A stretch of DNA of 60,180 bases from Lysobacter sp. (GTDB taxonomy: Bacteria > Pseudomonadota > Gammaproteobacteria > Xanthomonadales > Xanthomonadaceae), in the NCBI GenBank assembly GCA_041855065.1, contig JBHADJ010000171.1, positions 1-60,180 on the forward strand, given 5' to 3'. Shown here piece by piece: positions 22,048 through 33,126 of this stretch (positions within the stretch are counted from its first letter, which is position 1; each line of letters opens with the position of its first letter). Made by a program: the position numbers and the translations under genes. A model generated the notes under the pieces. It was not told the DNA's origin, ran no database searches, and was given only the letters and a program-made list of their open reading frames with translations.

Positions 22048-23066
22048 GCCACCTCCACGGCCGACAGACTTTCCATGTCCCAGCGCGGGACGACCTCGAT
22101 CGCGAGGCTCCCCTGTTGCCCGGCCGCCAGCCGCAAGGCTCCGGCAAAGGCGATCATGGCACCATTGTCGGTACACAGTTCGGGGCGGGGAAAACACACC
22201 CGCCCGCCACTCTGCCGGGCATGAGCCTGCAAGGATTGTCGCAACCGTCGGTTGGCACCCACCCCCCCGGCAACCACCAAGGTTTTGCAGCCGGTTTGCA
22301 TCAGTGCACGCGTGCATTTGATGAGCAGCGTATCGACCACGGCATCTTCGAAGGCATGCGCGATATCCGCGCGCGTGGCATCGCTCTGATCACTGTCGCG
22401 CCATGCCATGAGCACCTGTGTTTTCAACCCGCTGAAGCTGAAATCAAGTCCCGGTCGGTCGGTCATCGGACGCGCAAAATGGAAGCGACCCGCTCGTCCC
22501 TGCTGCGCCAGCGCTGCCAGCGCCGGGCCACCCGGATAAGGCAATCCCATCAGCTTGGCCGTTTTGTCGAACGCCTCGCCGGCAGCATCGTCGAGTGTCT
22601 CGCCGAGCAGACGATATTCCCCGATCCGGCGCACTTCCACCAGCTGGGTATGTCCGCCGGATACCAGCAATGCCACGAACGGCGGCTGCGGGGGATCATC
22701 TTCCATCAGCGGTGCCAGCAAGTGCCCTTCCATGTGATGGATGCCGATGGCAGGAATGTCCAGGCCGAAGGCAAAGGCGCGTGCCGTGGCGGCACCCACC
22801 AACAGGGCGCCTGCAAGCCCCGGACCTGCGGTGTAGGCCACGCCGTCAAGCTCGTTTGCGGCGATGCCAGCCTCCTCCAGCACATGTCGCAACATCGGCA
22901 ACAACTTGCGCACATGATCCCGGCTGGCCAACTCCGGTACCACGCCGCCATATTCGGCGTGCAGCGCAATCTGGCTGTATACCGCATGCGCCAGAAGCCC
23001 CTGCCCTTGCGCGTAAATGGCTACGCCCGTTTCATCGCAGGAGGTCTCGATACCCAGAACTTTCAT
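22044..23066 (-). CDS. tsaD: tRNA N6-threonylcarbamoyladenosine transferase
   Basis: [35 protein letters not shown] and CTDNGAMIA. Confidence 0.98.
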   Translation of the reverse strand: MKVLGIETSCDETGVAIYAQGQGLLAHAVYSQIALHAEYGGVVPELASRDHVRKLLPMLRHVLEEAGIAANELDGVAYTAGPGLAGALLVGAATARAFAFGLDIPAIGIHHMEGHLLAPLMEDDPPQPPFVALLVSGGHTQLVEVRRIGEYRLLGETLDDAAGEAFDKTAKLMGLPYPGGPALAALAQQGRAGRFHFARPMTDRPGLDFSFSGLKTQVLMAWRDSDQSDATRADIAHAFEDAVVDTLLIKCTRALMQTGCKTLVVAGGVGANRRLRQSLQAHARQSGGRVCFPRPELCTDNGAMIAFAGALRLAAGQQGSLAIEVVPRWDMESLSAVEVA

Positions 23067-23127
23067 ACAGAATCCGCTCATGCAAGATGCGCACGATAGG
23101 GCCTAGGGAATTTTTTTTCATCCTCCC

Positions 23128-23157
23128 TTGCAAATCCGGTTTGTCTCGGGTTATGAT
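23128..23157 (+). promoter_or_regulatory. Putative sigma70 promoter of rpsU
   Basis: TTGCAA-N18-TATGAT with an upstream T-rich tract. Confidence 0.65.
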
Positions 23158-23206
23158 GCAGGGCTTTCCGGCGTTGTTCGCCAATTCTTTCAACTTCGAG
23201 ATTTCT

Positions 23207-23422
23207 ATGCCCAGCGTCAAAGTCCGCGAAAACGAGCCGTTCGAGTTTGCCCTGCGCCGCTTCAAGCGCACTTGCGAAAAGGCCGGCGTGATTGCCGAAG
23301 TCCGCAAGCGCGAGTTCTATGAGAAGCCGACTCAGGAACGCAAGCGCAAGGCTGCTGCTGCGGTGAAGCGTCAGGCGCGTCGCACCGCCCGCGATGTGAC
23401 CAAGCGTCAGCGTCTGTACTGA
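23207..23422 (+). CDS. rpsU: 30S ribosomal protein S21
   Basis: [29 protein letters not shown]. Confidence 0.98.
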   Translation: MPSVKVRENEPFEFALRRFKRTCEKAGVIAEVRKREFYEKPTQERKRKAAAAVKRQARRTARDVTKRQRLY

Positions 23423-23464
23423 TCAGCACGCTTGGCGCGCATTGCGCGCGATATTGCGTTCACG

Positions 23465-23488
23465 AAGCCGGCCAAAAGCCGGCTTTTC
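23465..23488 (+). terminator. Intrinsic terminator after rpsU
   Basis: AAGCCGGC-CAAAA-GCCGGCTT-TTC. Confidence 0.7.
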
Positions 23489-23523
23489 GTGTTTCCATGC
23501 CAAAGCCCCTACAAGGAGTCCCC

Positions 23524-23970
23524 ATGTCTCTCAAAGAGCGTCTTGTCGATGATATGAAGACCGCGATGAAGACCGGCGACAAGCCGCGTCTTGCTACCAT
23601 CCGGTTGATCAATGCCGCCATCAAGCAGAAAGAAGTGGACGAACGCATCACTCTCGATGATGCGGCCGTGCTTGCGATTCTGGAAAAAATGGTCAAGCAG
23701 CGGCGCGACTCGATCAACCAGTACGACGCTGCCGGACGCGAGGATCTGGCGCAGATCGAGCGCGACGAAGTCACCATCATCGAAACCTATCTGCCGGAAA
23801 AACTCGGCGAGGCTGAAATCAATGCGGCCATCGAAGCCGCCATTACCAGCACCGGCGCCCAGGGGCCTGCCGACATGGGCAAACTGATGGGCGTACTCAA
23901 ACCTCAGCTTGCCGGCCAAGCCGACATGGGACTGGTATCCCGACTCATCAAGCAGCGTCTGGCTGGCTGA
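23524..23970 (+). CDS. GatB/YqeY domain protein
   Basis: DMKTAMK, KQRRDSINQY and DMGKLMG. Confidence 0.93.
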   Translation: MSLKERLVDDMKTAMKTGDKPRLATIRLINAAIKQKEVDERITLDDAAVLAILEKMVKQRRDSINQYDAAGREDLAQIERDEVTIIETYLPEKLGEAEINAAIEAAITSTGAQGPADMGKLMGVLKPQLAGQADMGLVSRLIKQRLAG

Positions 23971-24833
23971 TGCCCCTGCCGCTTTCGCCGCCGTGGAGCA
24001 CCCGGATCAATGCTCTGCTGCGGTACGCCCAAGCCAGTCTGCCAGGGCGCGCGGTACTGCGCTTCATCGATCTGGATCTGATGAGCCATGCCGCTGCACT
24101 GGCCTTTTATGCACTGCTCTCTCTGGCACCTCTGTTGTTGCTGCTGTTGTGGCTGACTGCCTCGCTGCTGCCTTCGGCTCAGGATGCCCTGCTGACGCAA
24201 ATCCGCGAATTGGCCGGCCATGAAGCTGAAGCCATTTCCCGCACCGTGTTGGCCAATGCCAAAGAGCAACCAAGCGTAGGATCACTGGCCGGGCTATGGA
24301 GTACCTTGCTGCTGTTTGTCGGTGCCACCGTGGTCTTCGGTCGCCTGCAAGCCACGCTCAACCTGATTTTCCGCAGCGATGCAGAAAATCTCGGCGGCAT
24401 GCTGCGCTGGTTGCGCAAACGGGTGTTTTCCTTTGGCGTGGTGTTCGCACTCGGCTTTCTGCTGCTGCTCTCGGTTACCCTCACTACCGTATTGCAGCTC
24501 GTGTTTGCCCACATCCCGAGTCTGCTGCCGATTGCCGGGCACATTGCTGCCGCCTTGCTGTATACGCTCGGCTTTACCCTGTTGTACAAGTATTTGCCCG
24601 ATCGTGCCGTGCGCTGGCCGCTCGCCCTGAGAGGCGGCTTTCTGACCGCACTGCTGTTCATGGCCGGACGCTGGCTGATCGGCCTGTATGTTCTCCACGC
24701 GGCCCCCGGCAGTGCCTATGGTTCGATGGGCGCACTGGTATTGCTTCTGGTGTGGATGTATTACGCTGCATTGGTGTTTTTCATCGGCGCGCTGTTGACC
24801 GCCTTGCTGGACGAACCGGCGCCGGCCTGCTGA
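23970..24833 (+). CDS. YihY/virulence factor BrkB family membrane protein
   Basis: AAALAFYALLSLAP and YGSMGALVLLLVWMYY. Confidence 0.92.
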   Translation: MPLPLSPPWSTRINALLRYAQASLPGRAVLRFIDLDLMSHAAALAFYALLSLAPLLLLLLWLTASLLPSAQDALLTQIRELAGHEAEAISRTVLANAKEQPSVGSLAGLWSTLLLFVGATVVFGRLQATLNLIFRSDAENLGGMLRWLRKRVFSFGVVFALGFLLLLSVTLTTVLQLVFAHIPSLLPIAGHIAAALLYTLGFTLLYKYLPDRAVRWPLALRGGFLTALLFMAGRWLIGLYVLHAAPGSAYGSMGALVLLLVWMYYAALVFFIGALLTALLDEPAPAC

Positions 24834-24844
24834 ATCCTCTCCTC

Positions 24845-26581
24845 ATGGCTCTTGTTCCCGACAGCTTCATTGATGAGCTTCTGGCGCGCACCGATATCGT
24901 CGAGGTGATCGGCAACCGCGTGCCGTTGAAAAAACAGGGCCGCGAGTTCTCCGCCTGCTGCCCGTTCCATGACGAGCGATCGCCTTCGTTTACCGTCTCG
25001 CCGGACAAGCAGTTCTATCACTGCTTCGGCTGCGGCGCACACGGTACGGCAATCGGCTTTCTGATGAATTACGATCGGCTGGAGTTTCTCGACGCGGTGG
25101 ACGAGCTGGCCAAGCGCGTGGGCATGGAAGTACCGCGCAGCAACACCCAGCGGGCTCAGGCGCAGACACAACCACTGCTCGATGTGATGAGCGCCGCACA
25201 GAATTTCTTTCGCCGCGCCTTGTCCACGCATGAAGAAGCACGTCAGTATCTCGCCACCCGCGGCGTGGATGCTGCCACGGCCGAACTGTTCGGCATCGGC
25301 TACGCACCACCGGGATTCTCCGCCCTTCGCGATGCCCTCGGCCACGATGCTTCTGCCCTGCAGCAGATGGAAAAGGCCGGCTTGCTTTCACGCAACGACC
25401 GGGGCCATGTCTACGACAAGTTTCGCCACCGGCTGATGTTCCCCATCCATGACCGGCGCGGCCGAGTCATTGCCTTTGGCGGCCGGGTCATTGCCCCCGA
25501 GGACAGCCCCAAATACCTCAACTCACCGGAAACACCACTGTTCCACAAAGGCCGCGAGCTGTATGGGCTATGGCAGGTGAAGCAGGCACACAGCCGGATC
25601 CCGCGCCTCATCGTGGTGGAAGGCTACATGGATGTGGTGATGCTGTTCCAGCACGGAATCCACGAAGCAGTCGCCACCCTGGGCACGGCCACCACCGCCG
25701 AACATGCCGAACTTTTGTTCCGCAGTGCCGCCGATGTCTACTTCTGCTTTGATGGCGATGCCGCCGGTCGTCGTGCTGCCGTTCGCGCCATGGAGGCCGT
25801 GTTGCCCGCCATGCGCGATGGCAGACAGGCATTTTTCCTGTTCCTGCCCGAAGGCGAGGATCCGGATACGCTGGTTCGTCAGGAAGGCGCAGCCGGACTG
25901 AATGCCCGCCTGACACAAGCCATGCCGCTGTCGCAGTTTTTCTTCGAGCAAATGCAGCAGGATGTGCAGTTGCACACGCTGGAAGGAAAAAGCCGCCTGA
26001 GCGAGCGTGTCAAACCCTGGCTGGCACGCCTGCCGGCAGGCAGCTTTGCCGACTTGATGCAACAACGGCTTGCCGAATTGACCGGCATCCATTCCCCTGC
26101 TGCCACGCCTGCGCGCCCGACCCACATTCCACGCCACAATGCCGGAGCGCGCCCGTCAGCACAACGCCCGAGTCTGGTTCGCAACATCATCACCCTGCTG
26201 GTGCAACAACCCGCACTGGGCACGCAAGTGGCGCTGCCAGATTCGCTCGCCAACCTGCGTCTGGAGGGCATCCCGTTGTTGCTGGAATTGCTTGCCTGCA
26301 TCCACCAGCGCCCGAACATCGGCACCGGCAGCCTCCTGGAAGCCTTTGCCCAACATCCGGCCAGTGCCGCGCTCAATCGTCTGGCCACACAACAGCTGCC
26401 ACCGGGCAACATCGACGTCCTGCGCGACGCACTGGCACAGCTGGAGAAGCAGGCCCTGCAGCAGACGCTGGGCGATTTGCAGGCGCGCATGGCCGAAGTG
26501 GGCCTGTCCGGCCTATCCGAGAACGAGCGACAACTGCTGCTGAGCTTGCCACGTCGTTTGTCGCAAACGGCAAAGCCATAG
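24845..26581 (+). CDS. dnaG: DNA primase
   Basis: Zinc finger CPFH..CFGC; FGGR; KYLNSPET; Toprim VEGYMDV and FDGD. Confidence 0.98.
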   Translation: MALVPDSFIDELLARTDIVEVIGNRVPLKKQGREFSACCPFHDERSPSFTVSPDKQFYHCFGCGAHGTAIGFLMNYDRLEFLDAVDELAKRVGMEVPRSNTQRAQAQTQPLLDVMSAAQNFFRRALSTHEEARQYLATRGVDAATAELFGIGYAPPGFSALRDALGHDASALQQMEKAGLLSRNDRGHVYDKFRHRLMFPIHDRRGRVIAFGGRVIAPEDSPKYLNSPETPLFHKGRELYGLWQVKQAHSRIPRLIVVEGYMDVVMLFQHGIHEAVATLGTATTAEHAELLFRSAADVYFCFDGDAAGRRAAVRAMEAVLPAMRDGRQAFFLFLPEGEDPDTLVRQEGAAGLNARLTQAMPLSQFFFEQMQQDVQLHTLEGKSRLSERVKPWLARLPAGSFADLMQQRLAELTGIHSPAATPARPTHIPRHNAGARPSAQRPSLVRNIITLLVQQPALGTQVALPDSLANLRLEGIPLLLELLACIHQRPNIGTGSLLEAFAQHPASAALNRLATQQLPPGNIDVLRDALAQLEKQALQQTLGDLQARMAEVGLSGLSENERQLLLSLPRRLSQTAKP

Positions 26582-26630
26582 CGGCTGCGCTTCCTTACAA
26601 TAGCGGCTTTCCCATCCCCAGCGTGCTCCC

Positions 26631-26828
26631 ATGACCGATGCTGCCAAGGCCACCGAGGCCTGCGCCCAGCGCGAATACGAAATCCACCGCGCCGATCTGC
26701 CCCTGTCCTGCCCAACGCCTTCGATGGCACTGTGGAACTCCCACCCGCGGGTATATCTGCCCATCGAAGCGGAGGGCGGCAAGGCCGAGTGCCCGTATTG
26801 CGGCGCCCGCTTCACCCTGATCGACTGA
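26631..26828 (+). CDS. zf-CHCC zinc-finger protein
   Basis: LSCP..WNSHPRVYL..CPYCG. Confidence 0.9.
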   Translation: MTDAAKATEACAQREYEIHRADLPLSCPTPSMALWNSHPRVYLPIEAEGGKAECPYCGARFTLID

Positions 26829-26836
26829 TCCTGCCG

Positions 26837-27949
26837 ATGCCGCGCCGCCTGACCGTGGTGCAGCTGCTGCCGGCACTCGAGTCCGGTGGCGTGGAACGCT
26901 CCACTCTGGAAATCGCCACGGCACTGGTCAAGGCCGGTCATCGCGCCATCGTCATCTCCGCCGGCGGTCGCTTGTGTGCCGACCTGCACGCAGCAGGCGG
27001 TGAGCATATTCTGCTGGACATCGGCAGGAAATCATTGCGAACCCTTGCCACCATCGCGCTGTTGCGCCGCATTCTGCATGAGTCTCAGGCCGATATCGTG
27101 CATGCACGCTCGCGGTTGCCGGCCTGGATCGGCCATCTTGCACTGCGCGGCATGTCCGGCGAGCGGCGCCCGCATTGGATCACCAGCGTGCACGGCCTGA
27201 ACTCGCCATCCCGCTACAGTCGCATCATGGTCAGCGGCGAACGCGTCATCTGCGTGTCCGAGACAGTGCGCGAATACGTGCTCGGGCACTATCCGAAGAC
27301 CCCGGCGAGCCGTCTGCAAGTGATTCCGCGCGGTATCGACCCGATCGAGTTTCCACGGCGCCCCGCAGTTGCCAGCGACGCTCGCCGCCTACTGGCAACG
27401 CAATATCCGGCACTCGCCGGTGAAGGCCCGCTGCTGTTGCTTCCCGGACGCGGCACCCGTCTGAAAGGTCATGCCGATGCCATTCGGTTGTTGGCACAGC
27501 TGCGTCAACACGGTCTTGATGCGCGGCTGTGGATGCCCGGTGCCGAGGAGGCCGGACGTGAGACCTATCTGGCCGAACTGAAGGCCCTGGCCGCACAACA
27601 TCACTGCGATACGGCATTGGCCATGACTCCGGCCACCCACCGGATTGCCGAGGCCTACGCCATGAGCAATCTGGTCTTGCAGCTCTCGCGCAAGCCTGAG
27701 GCCTTTGGTCGTACCGTACTGGAGGCGCTCGCCGTCGGCACCCCGACACTGGGCTGGGCACATGGTGGCTGCGGTGAACTGCTGGCCCGCCTGCAGCCCG
27801 AAGGCGCCGTCGAGCCATTTCACACCGAACAACTGTTCACCCGCGCGCTAGCGCTGCTTGAGCACCCGCCCATGCCACCGGCTACCATTCCCTTCACTCT
27901 GCACGCCATGCAGGCGGCCACTCTATCGTTGTATCAGGAACTTGCATGA
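26837..27949 (+). CDS. GT4-family glycosyltransferase
   Basis: GGVER, HARSRLPAW, RLKG and EAFGRTVLEA. Confidence 0.92.
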   Translation: MPRRLTVVQLLPALESGGVERSTLEIATALVKAGHRAIVISAGGRLCADLHAAGGEHILLDIGRKSLRTLATIALLRRILHESQADIVHARSRLPAWIGHLALRGMSGERRPHWITSVHGLNSPSRYSRIMVSGERVICVSETVREYVLGHYPKTPASRLQVIPRGIDPIEFPRRPAVASDARRLLATQYPALAGEGPLLLLPGRGTRLKGHADAIRLLAQLRQHGLDARLWMPGAEEAGRETYLAELKALAAQHHCDTALAMTPATHRIAEAYAMSNLVLQLSRKPEAFGRTVLEALAVGTPTLGWAHGGCGELLARLQPEGAVEPFHTEQLFTRALALLEHPPMPPATIPFTLHAMQAATLSLYQELA

Positions 27950-29346
27950 ACAGCGCATCTCCCGCCACGGCTCCCGCCCTGCCACCGGCCAGCCCTCCGG
28001 TCGGCTGGCGCTGGGCGCCTTTCTGGGTTCTGACCTACGTCACCCTGTGGCCGGTTTCGCGCGTGTCCGAGGCAGTTCTCTCGCTGGGTGCCATCACTGC
28101 ATTGGTCCTGCTCCTCAAAGCACGCTTCCGCGACGGCAAGCACCTGCTCGCCCCCGCTGCCTGGGCGCTCACGACGGCGCTGTTCTTCTGCTACTGGCTA
28201 CCGCAACTGTTTTCCAGCCCCGATGCGCTGGATATGGGCGATGCGCTGAAGAAGACACTCGGCAACCTGCGCTACCTGCCCTTCTTGTGGCTCATCGCCA
28301 TCGCCGTTGCCACCGATAACGGTCGGCGCACGGTATTTGCCGGTCTCTCCACCATCGCGGTGATCTGGAGCATCGACTTGCTGTTGCAAGCCATCGGTGG
28401 CAACTCGACCAGCCTGCTCAACAATCTGCTGGATGGCGGCTATCAATGGGTACGCGACAAAGCCATGTGCGAAGGCCAGCTGGCACGCGGCAACGGACGG
28501 ATAAATGGCATCTTCGGCACTTGCAACCCGGTATTGGGCATCGTGCTTGCCAGTCTCTCTCCATTCGTGCTGGAAGCGGCCCATCGGCGCATGGGCGGAC
28601 GCGGCTGGTTTCTGGCCGCTGCCGTGCTCGGCTTTGCCATTCTCATGGCCGGTGCGCGCGCTGCCTGGCTGACATATGCCTTGGTACTCGCGATCTCCGG
28701 CTGGCGTGCGCTCGGGCCGAAAGTCCTGATCGGACTCGGACTGTGCGCGGCGCTCGGCCTTGCCGGCATTGCCAGCGTCTACCCGCCACTGGCAGAGCGC
28801 ATTCAGCGCACTGCCGCGGTATTCGACACACAGGCACAAGGGTTGGATACCGCACTGTCGGGGCGTGCCCGCATTTGGGCCGGCGCATCCTGCATGATCG
28901 AAACACATCCGATCAACGGCGTTGGCGTGCGCAACTTCCGTCACGCCTGGCCTGAGTGCGACCCAGCGCAGACAATCGCCTGCGCCCCCAATACCGAATG
29001 CCCGGCCACGACTGCCGCCTGGGGAAAAGGGCCGGCTCTGCATGCCCACCAATGGGTACTTGAAGTATTGAGCGAAACCGGTGCTCTCGGCATGATCCTT
29101 TGGTTGGCCGGCATCGCCCTGGCCTGGCGTGCCTGGCGCTGGGCCTCCCCGCAGGCACGAGCGCGCGCCCGACCAGCCGCACAGGCACTGGCCGTCACGC
29201 TGTTCCCGCTCAACACCCATCTGGCGTTCTACTCCGCCTTTTGGGGCGGTGTTTTCCTGCTGCTCGTGGCCCTGTATGCCGGCAGCCTGCTGGCGTGGGA
29301 AGCCAATACCGATACTGCCGATGATGATGTCCACAACACTCCATGA
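27946..29346 (+). CDS. O-antigen ligase (Wzy_C) family protein
   Basis: Multiple TM helices; GARAAWL, SGRARIW, GVGVRNF and HAHQWVLEVLSETG. Confidence 0.88.
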   Translation: MNSASPATAPALPPASPPVGWRWAPFWVLTYVTLWPVSRVSEAVLSLGAITALVLLLKARFRDGKHLLAPAAWALTTALFFCYWLPQLFSSPDALDMGDALKKTLGNLRYLPFLWLIAIAVATDNGRRTVFAGLSTIAVIWSIDLLLQAIGGNSTSLLNNLLDGGYQWVRDKAMCEGQLARGNGRINGIFGTCNPVLGIVLASLSPFVLEAAHRRMGGRGWFLAAAVLGFAILMAGARAAWLTYALVLAISGWRALGPKVLIGLGLCAALGLAGIASVYPPLAERIQRTAAVFDTQAQGLDTALSGRARIWAGASCMIETHPINGVGVRNFRHAWPECDPAQTIACAPNTECPATTAAWGKGPALHAHQWVLEVLSETGALGMILWLAGIALAWRAWRWASPQARARARPAAQALAVTLFPLNTHLAFYSAFWGGVFLLLVALYAGSLLAWEANTDTADDDVHNTP

Positions 29347-29502
29347 TCATCAAGACCCTCCTCCCCGTTCCCAGCACATCCTGCTGTCCCCGCCCGATCC
29401 CCGGGGCATTGCCCGCGTGCTGATCGGCTACCTGCCAGCGTTGCCGACCTCTCCCGCACGACCAACACACCGGGTCAAGGCAGCTCTGCCCACACGGCCG
29501 AC

Positions 29503-30258
29503 ATGAGCAGCCTTCCGAACTTCCGGCTGATCTCGCTGCGTCCGACAGGCCAGCATGAGAGTCTGCGGCGTGCCACGATGCGACGGGGCGGGCAACTGCT
29601 GGCCATGGCACCCTGGCGGATCGTGCCGTGCACAGCGCCCGAAGCCAAGGCCGATCTGGCGGCTGCACTGGCTTGTCCACTGGTGATCTTTACCAGCCCG
29701 CAAGCCGTGCGCATGGCAGCACGACTGGCTCCCCTGCAATCCCGCCCACAACAAGCATGGCTAGCGGTAGGCGAAGGCAGCCGGCGCGCCCTGCAACGTG
29801 CCGGCGTCCGTCAGGTCAGTGCACCACAGCGCATGGACAGTGAAGGACTGCTTGCCTTGCCTGAGATTGCCAAACTTGATGCAGGCGACACGATCGGTCT
29901 GGTGAGCGCACCCGGCGGACGCGGCGAAATCGTCCGAAAACTATCGGCACGCGGCATTCATGTACAGCGTGCCGACATCTACCAACGCCAGCCGCTGCGC
30001 ATCCGGACGTCCCGTTGGCAGGCATTGCAACAAGCATTAGACACCCCTACTCCCGTCCATCTTGCCCTCAGCAGTGGCGAAGCCTTGCAGTTATGGCTGG
30101 CTCAGGCACCGCAAGACCTGCCGCTGGACAGAATCCACGTACTGGCCGCCAGTGACCGCCTGGCACAACAGGCACGGCAGGCCGGGTTTGTCTCGCTGCA
30201 CATTGCCGCCAACGCACGTGCCGACGCCTTGCTGGCCGCCCTACCCGCCACCGTTTGA
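29503..30258 (+). CDS. hemD: Uroporphyrinogen-III synthase
   Basis: ISLRP, IFTSPQAV, AVGEGS, DSEGLL, GGR and IYQR. Confidence 0.88.
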   Translation: MSSLPNFRLISLRPTGQHESLRRATMRRGGQLLAMAPWRIVPCTAPEAKADLAAALACPLVIFTSPQAVRMAARLAPLQSRPQQAWLAVGEGSRRALQRAGVRQVSAPQRMDSEGLLALPEIAKLDAGDTIGLVSAPGGRGEIVRKLSARGIHVQRADIYQRQPLRIRTSRWQALQQALDTPTPVHLALSSGEALQLWLAQAPQDLPLDRIHVLAASDRLAQQARQAGFVSLHIAANARADALLAALPATV

Positions 30259-30354
30259 TGTGCACCGCAACGCTCTGCGGCGCCTGTCTCCCCGGCATGG
30301 CGGCGGCATGCCCTATTCATGCAGATCAATGCATTGCGAGCTATCTTTCACTCC

Positions 30355-31173
30355 ATGCGTAAACTTCATGCGGCCTTTGCTCTTTTGTGTTGCGGCAGTC
30401 TGCTGAGTTGTACCAGTGCGCCCTCACCCAAACCCGTGGCAGCGGCACTGCCACTGCCCGTCACCCATGTCCCGCCGCTTGTGCCGGCCACCCTGCAAAC
30501 ACCCTTGCAGCAGCGACTGTTGCTGGCCGCACCGGATATCGATCCCGGCATACTGGCGCTGGCATTGGAAGCTCGGCAGTGCGCATTGCGTCAAGGCAGC
30601 GGACACCCGGATGACCGACATCTGGCGGTGATTGATTACACCCTGCCATCCAGCCGCAAGCGCCTCTGGCTGTTTGATCTGCAGCAGGCTCGCCTTGTCC
30701 ATCACGAATACGTTACCCACGGCCAGGGCAGCGGAGAATTGCTGGCACGGCGTTTTTCCAATGTCGAAGGCAGCCTGCAAACCAGCCTCGGTCTGTATCG
30801 CACGGCCGAAACCTATTTTGGCGCCAATGGCTATTCACTGCGGCTGGACGGGCTGGATCGCGGATTCAATGACGCTGCCCGATCGCGTGCCATCGTGATC
30901 CACGGCGCTTGGTATGCCGATCCGGCATTGATTGCCCGTCAAGGCCGGTTGGGGCGCAGCCAGGGATGCCCGGCACTGCGCCATGAAGTTGCCGGACAAA
31001 TCATCGATACCCTCAAGGAAGGCCAGTGGGTATTCGCCTACGCCGATCACGCCCCATGGCTGGAAGACTCCAGCCACTTTGGTTGCAGTGGCCGCAATGC
31101 CCGGCAAATCATCGCTCAGGCACGCACCCGGCAAGGGGGAATTGCCCCGCTGCAAGAGCTGGCCGAACACTGA
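30355..31173 (+). CDS. Murein L,D-transpeptidase catalytic domain protein (YkuD_2), probable lipoprotein
   Basis: VIDYTLPS..KRLW, FSN..GS.QTSLG, IVIHGA and GRSQGCPA. Confidence 0.9.
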   Translation: MRKLHAAFALLCCGSLLSCTSAPSPKPVAAALPLPVTHVPPLVPATLQTPLQQRLLLAAPDIDPGILALALEARQCALRQGSGHPDDRHLAVIDYTLPSSRKRLWLFDLQQARLVHHEYVTHGQGSGELLARRFSNVEGSLQTSLGLYRTAETYFGANGYSLRLDGLDRGFNDAARSRAIVIHGAWYADPALIARQGRLGRSQGCPALRHEVAGQIIDTLKEGQWVFAYADHAPWLEDSSHFGCSGRNARQIIAQARTRQGGIAPLQELAEH

Positions 31174-31453
31174 GCACGACACCGCGACACGCCATCTTCG
31201 TCCCTCCTCCCCAAAGAGAGCCGAGCATCTCGGGAAGTCTGCACCATGCCATGCCACCAACGGCCGGCTCTATGTGCACGGCGCTCGGTCATGGGCAGGC
31301 GCCTGACCGCATATCCCACCCATGCCAGTGACGACTGACTGGCTTTCCGGTTCGATCTGAACGGCGCCCGCCCGATGGAAATGGCACATATCCACAATCG
31401 TGGCGATTGCGCTAATGTGCGGCGAAACGCCCATACTCACTGGAGACAGCCAA

Positions 31454-31870
31454 ATGAAGAAGACCTTTTTCCTGCTCGCCGGCCTCGGAGCCGCCTGTTT
31501 GAGCACGCATGCACTGGCTCAACACAACACTCCCCCCGAATCGCGCAACGACCGTAATCAACAGCAGTCGCACCATGAAACGGCACAGCACGCCAATCCG
31601 CAGCCTCAACAGCACGGCAGCGCCGCGACAACCGTTGCGCAGGCACGTCGTCTCAAGGATGGCGCAAGAGTGACGCTGCGCGGCGAGATTCGCCAGCATC
31701 TGCGTGGCGAAACCTATGTTTTCCGTGACTCCAGTGGCCAAATCAATGTGGAAATCGATCACGACGATGGCCCGCATGTTGCACCGGGCGATCGGGTCGA
31801 GATTCGTGGCGAGGTTGACAAGGAGCGGCGTTCGGTCTCCATCGACGCGGATAGCGTGCGCAAGCTCTGA
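31454..31870 (+). CDS. YgiW/YdeI-family periplasmic OB-fold protein
   Basis: Signal peptide; VTLRGEI..YVFRDSSGQINVEID..VEIRGEVDK. Confidence 0.92.
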   Translation: MKKTFFLLAGLGAACLSTHALAQHNTPPESRNDRNQQQSHHETAQHANPQPQQHGSAATTVAQARRLKDGARVTLRGEIRQHLRGETYVFRDSSGQINVEIDHDDGPHVAPGDRVEIRGEVDKERRSVSIDADSVRKL

Positions 31871-32226
31871 GCAACTGCGCTGAACTCCCGGGCACATCCA
31901 TCACGGTGTGCCCGGGAGCCACACAGCAAAGCGTTTTACAGCACCACCCGCCAGACACCGCTCTGCCATATCCGCCCGCACTGGACAGCCTTGCGATAGC
32001 CTGCAAGAGGTACTGTGCACGTCTGCAACACCCAAGGATCGTGAGACAGCCGATGCGGGCGACGGTTCTCGGCCGGCGGCACGGCACCCCGATTCACACA
32101 TCCACCCACCTCTCGCCACGCAGTGCCGTATTGACCACGGCAGCTTGCAGACAATCACGACGCGAGGCTGCTTGTGCCATGGCCATTTTTGTTCGGCAAA
32201 CTGTACCTGCGGCCAAATGACATGCT

Positions 32227-33126
32227 TCAACGCCGGCGAACAGGGATCTTGCCCACCGGCATGAAGGCGATTTCGCCTGCGCCATCACGAATCGGGGTGC
32301 CCGGCTCCGGCGCCCAGGCATGGGCATAGATGGCCTCCCAGCGCATCGGGAAATGACCCTCGGCAGTGCGCGGGTAGGCGGCTTCGGCACGGGCAAAGCG
32401 TTGCCGGCCACTCAGGGCATGACGGCGTGCATGCAGGGCATTGGTGGCGCCCATCGCTTGCAGGCTTTTCAGCACATCGGCAAAACCGGGCTTGTATTCC
32501 ACCAGCACGTCGCGGTCGAGCACCGGCTCGCGGAAGCCCGCCGCCATCAGGGCATCACCGAAGGGCGCAATCGCGGTGAACGGGCTGACATGCGGATGGT
32601 CATCGGCAGCGGCAAAGGCTTCGCGCAATTCGCGCAGGGTCTCGCTGCCGAAAGTGGACACCAGCAACAAACCGCCCGGACGCAACACGCGACGAAACTC
32701 GGCAAACGCCGCCGGCAAGTCCTCCACCCATTGCAGGGCGAGATTGCAGAACAGCACATCGGCACAGCCCTCGGCAAGCGGCAATTGACGCAAATCGGCC
32801 GCAATGCGGGCAACTTCGCGCCGCCGCAGCCACTGGCCACGGGTGTTTTCACGTGCCGCATGCAGCATTGGCAGGGCAGCATCCAGCGCCAGAATGTCGG
32901 CCTTCGGCCAGCGTATGCGCATGGCATGGGCAGCACGCGCCGGGCCGCAGGCAATGTCCAGCACCCGCGCCGGGCTGGCCTCGGCATGGCGCAGGGCGTA
33001 GTAGTCGAGCGATTCCAGAAGGCGCGATTCGATTTCCTGCTGAATCGCCGAGGCGTCGGCATAGCCGGCAGCGGCGCGACCAAAGGCACGCCGCACTTGT
33101 CGAGCATCGAAAATCACCGCACTCAT
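32227..33126 (-). CDS. bioC: Malonyl-ACP O-methyltransferase
   Basis: VRRAFGRAA..Y, VLDIACGP, NLALQW and TFGSETLREL; in the bio cluster. Confidence 0.92.
   Translation of the reverse strand: MSAVIFDARQVRRAFGRAAAGYADASAIQQEIESRLLESLDYYALRHAEASPARVLDIACGPARAAHAMRIRWPKADILALDAALPMLHAARENTRGQWLRRREVARIAADLRQLPLAEGCADVLFCNLALQWVEDLPAAFAEFRRVLRPGGLLLVSTFGSETLRELREAFAAADDHPHVSPFTAIAPFGDALMAAGFREPVLDRDVLVEYKPGFADVLKSLQAMGATNALHARRHALSGRQRFARAEAAYPRTAEGHFPMRWEAIYAHAWAPEPGTPIRDGAGEIAFMPVGKIPVRRR

Noticed and set aside
23207-26581. rpoD missing after dnaG
   Set aside because: As far as I recall this is the normal arrangement in Xanthomonadales.
31871-32226. Small ORFs or ncRNA between ygiW and bioC
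   Set aside because: No RBS-supported ORF, motif or convincing structure seen.
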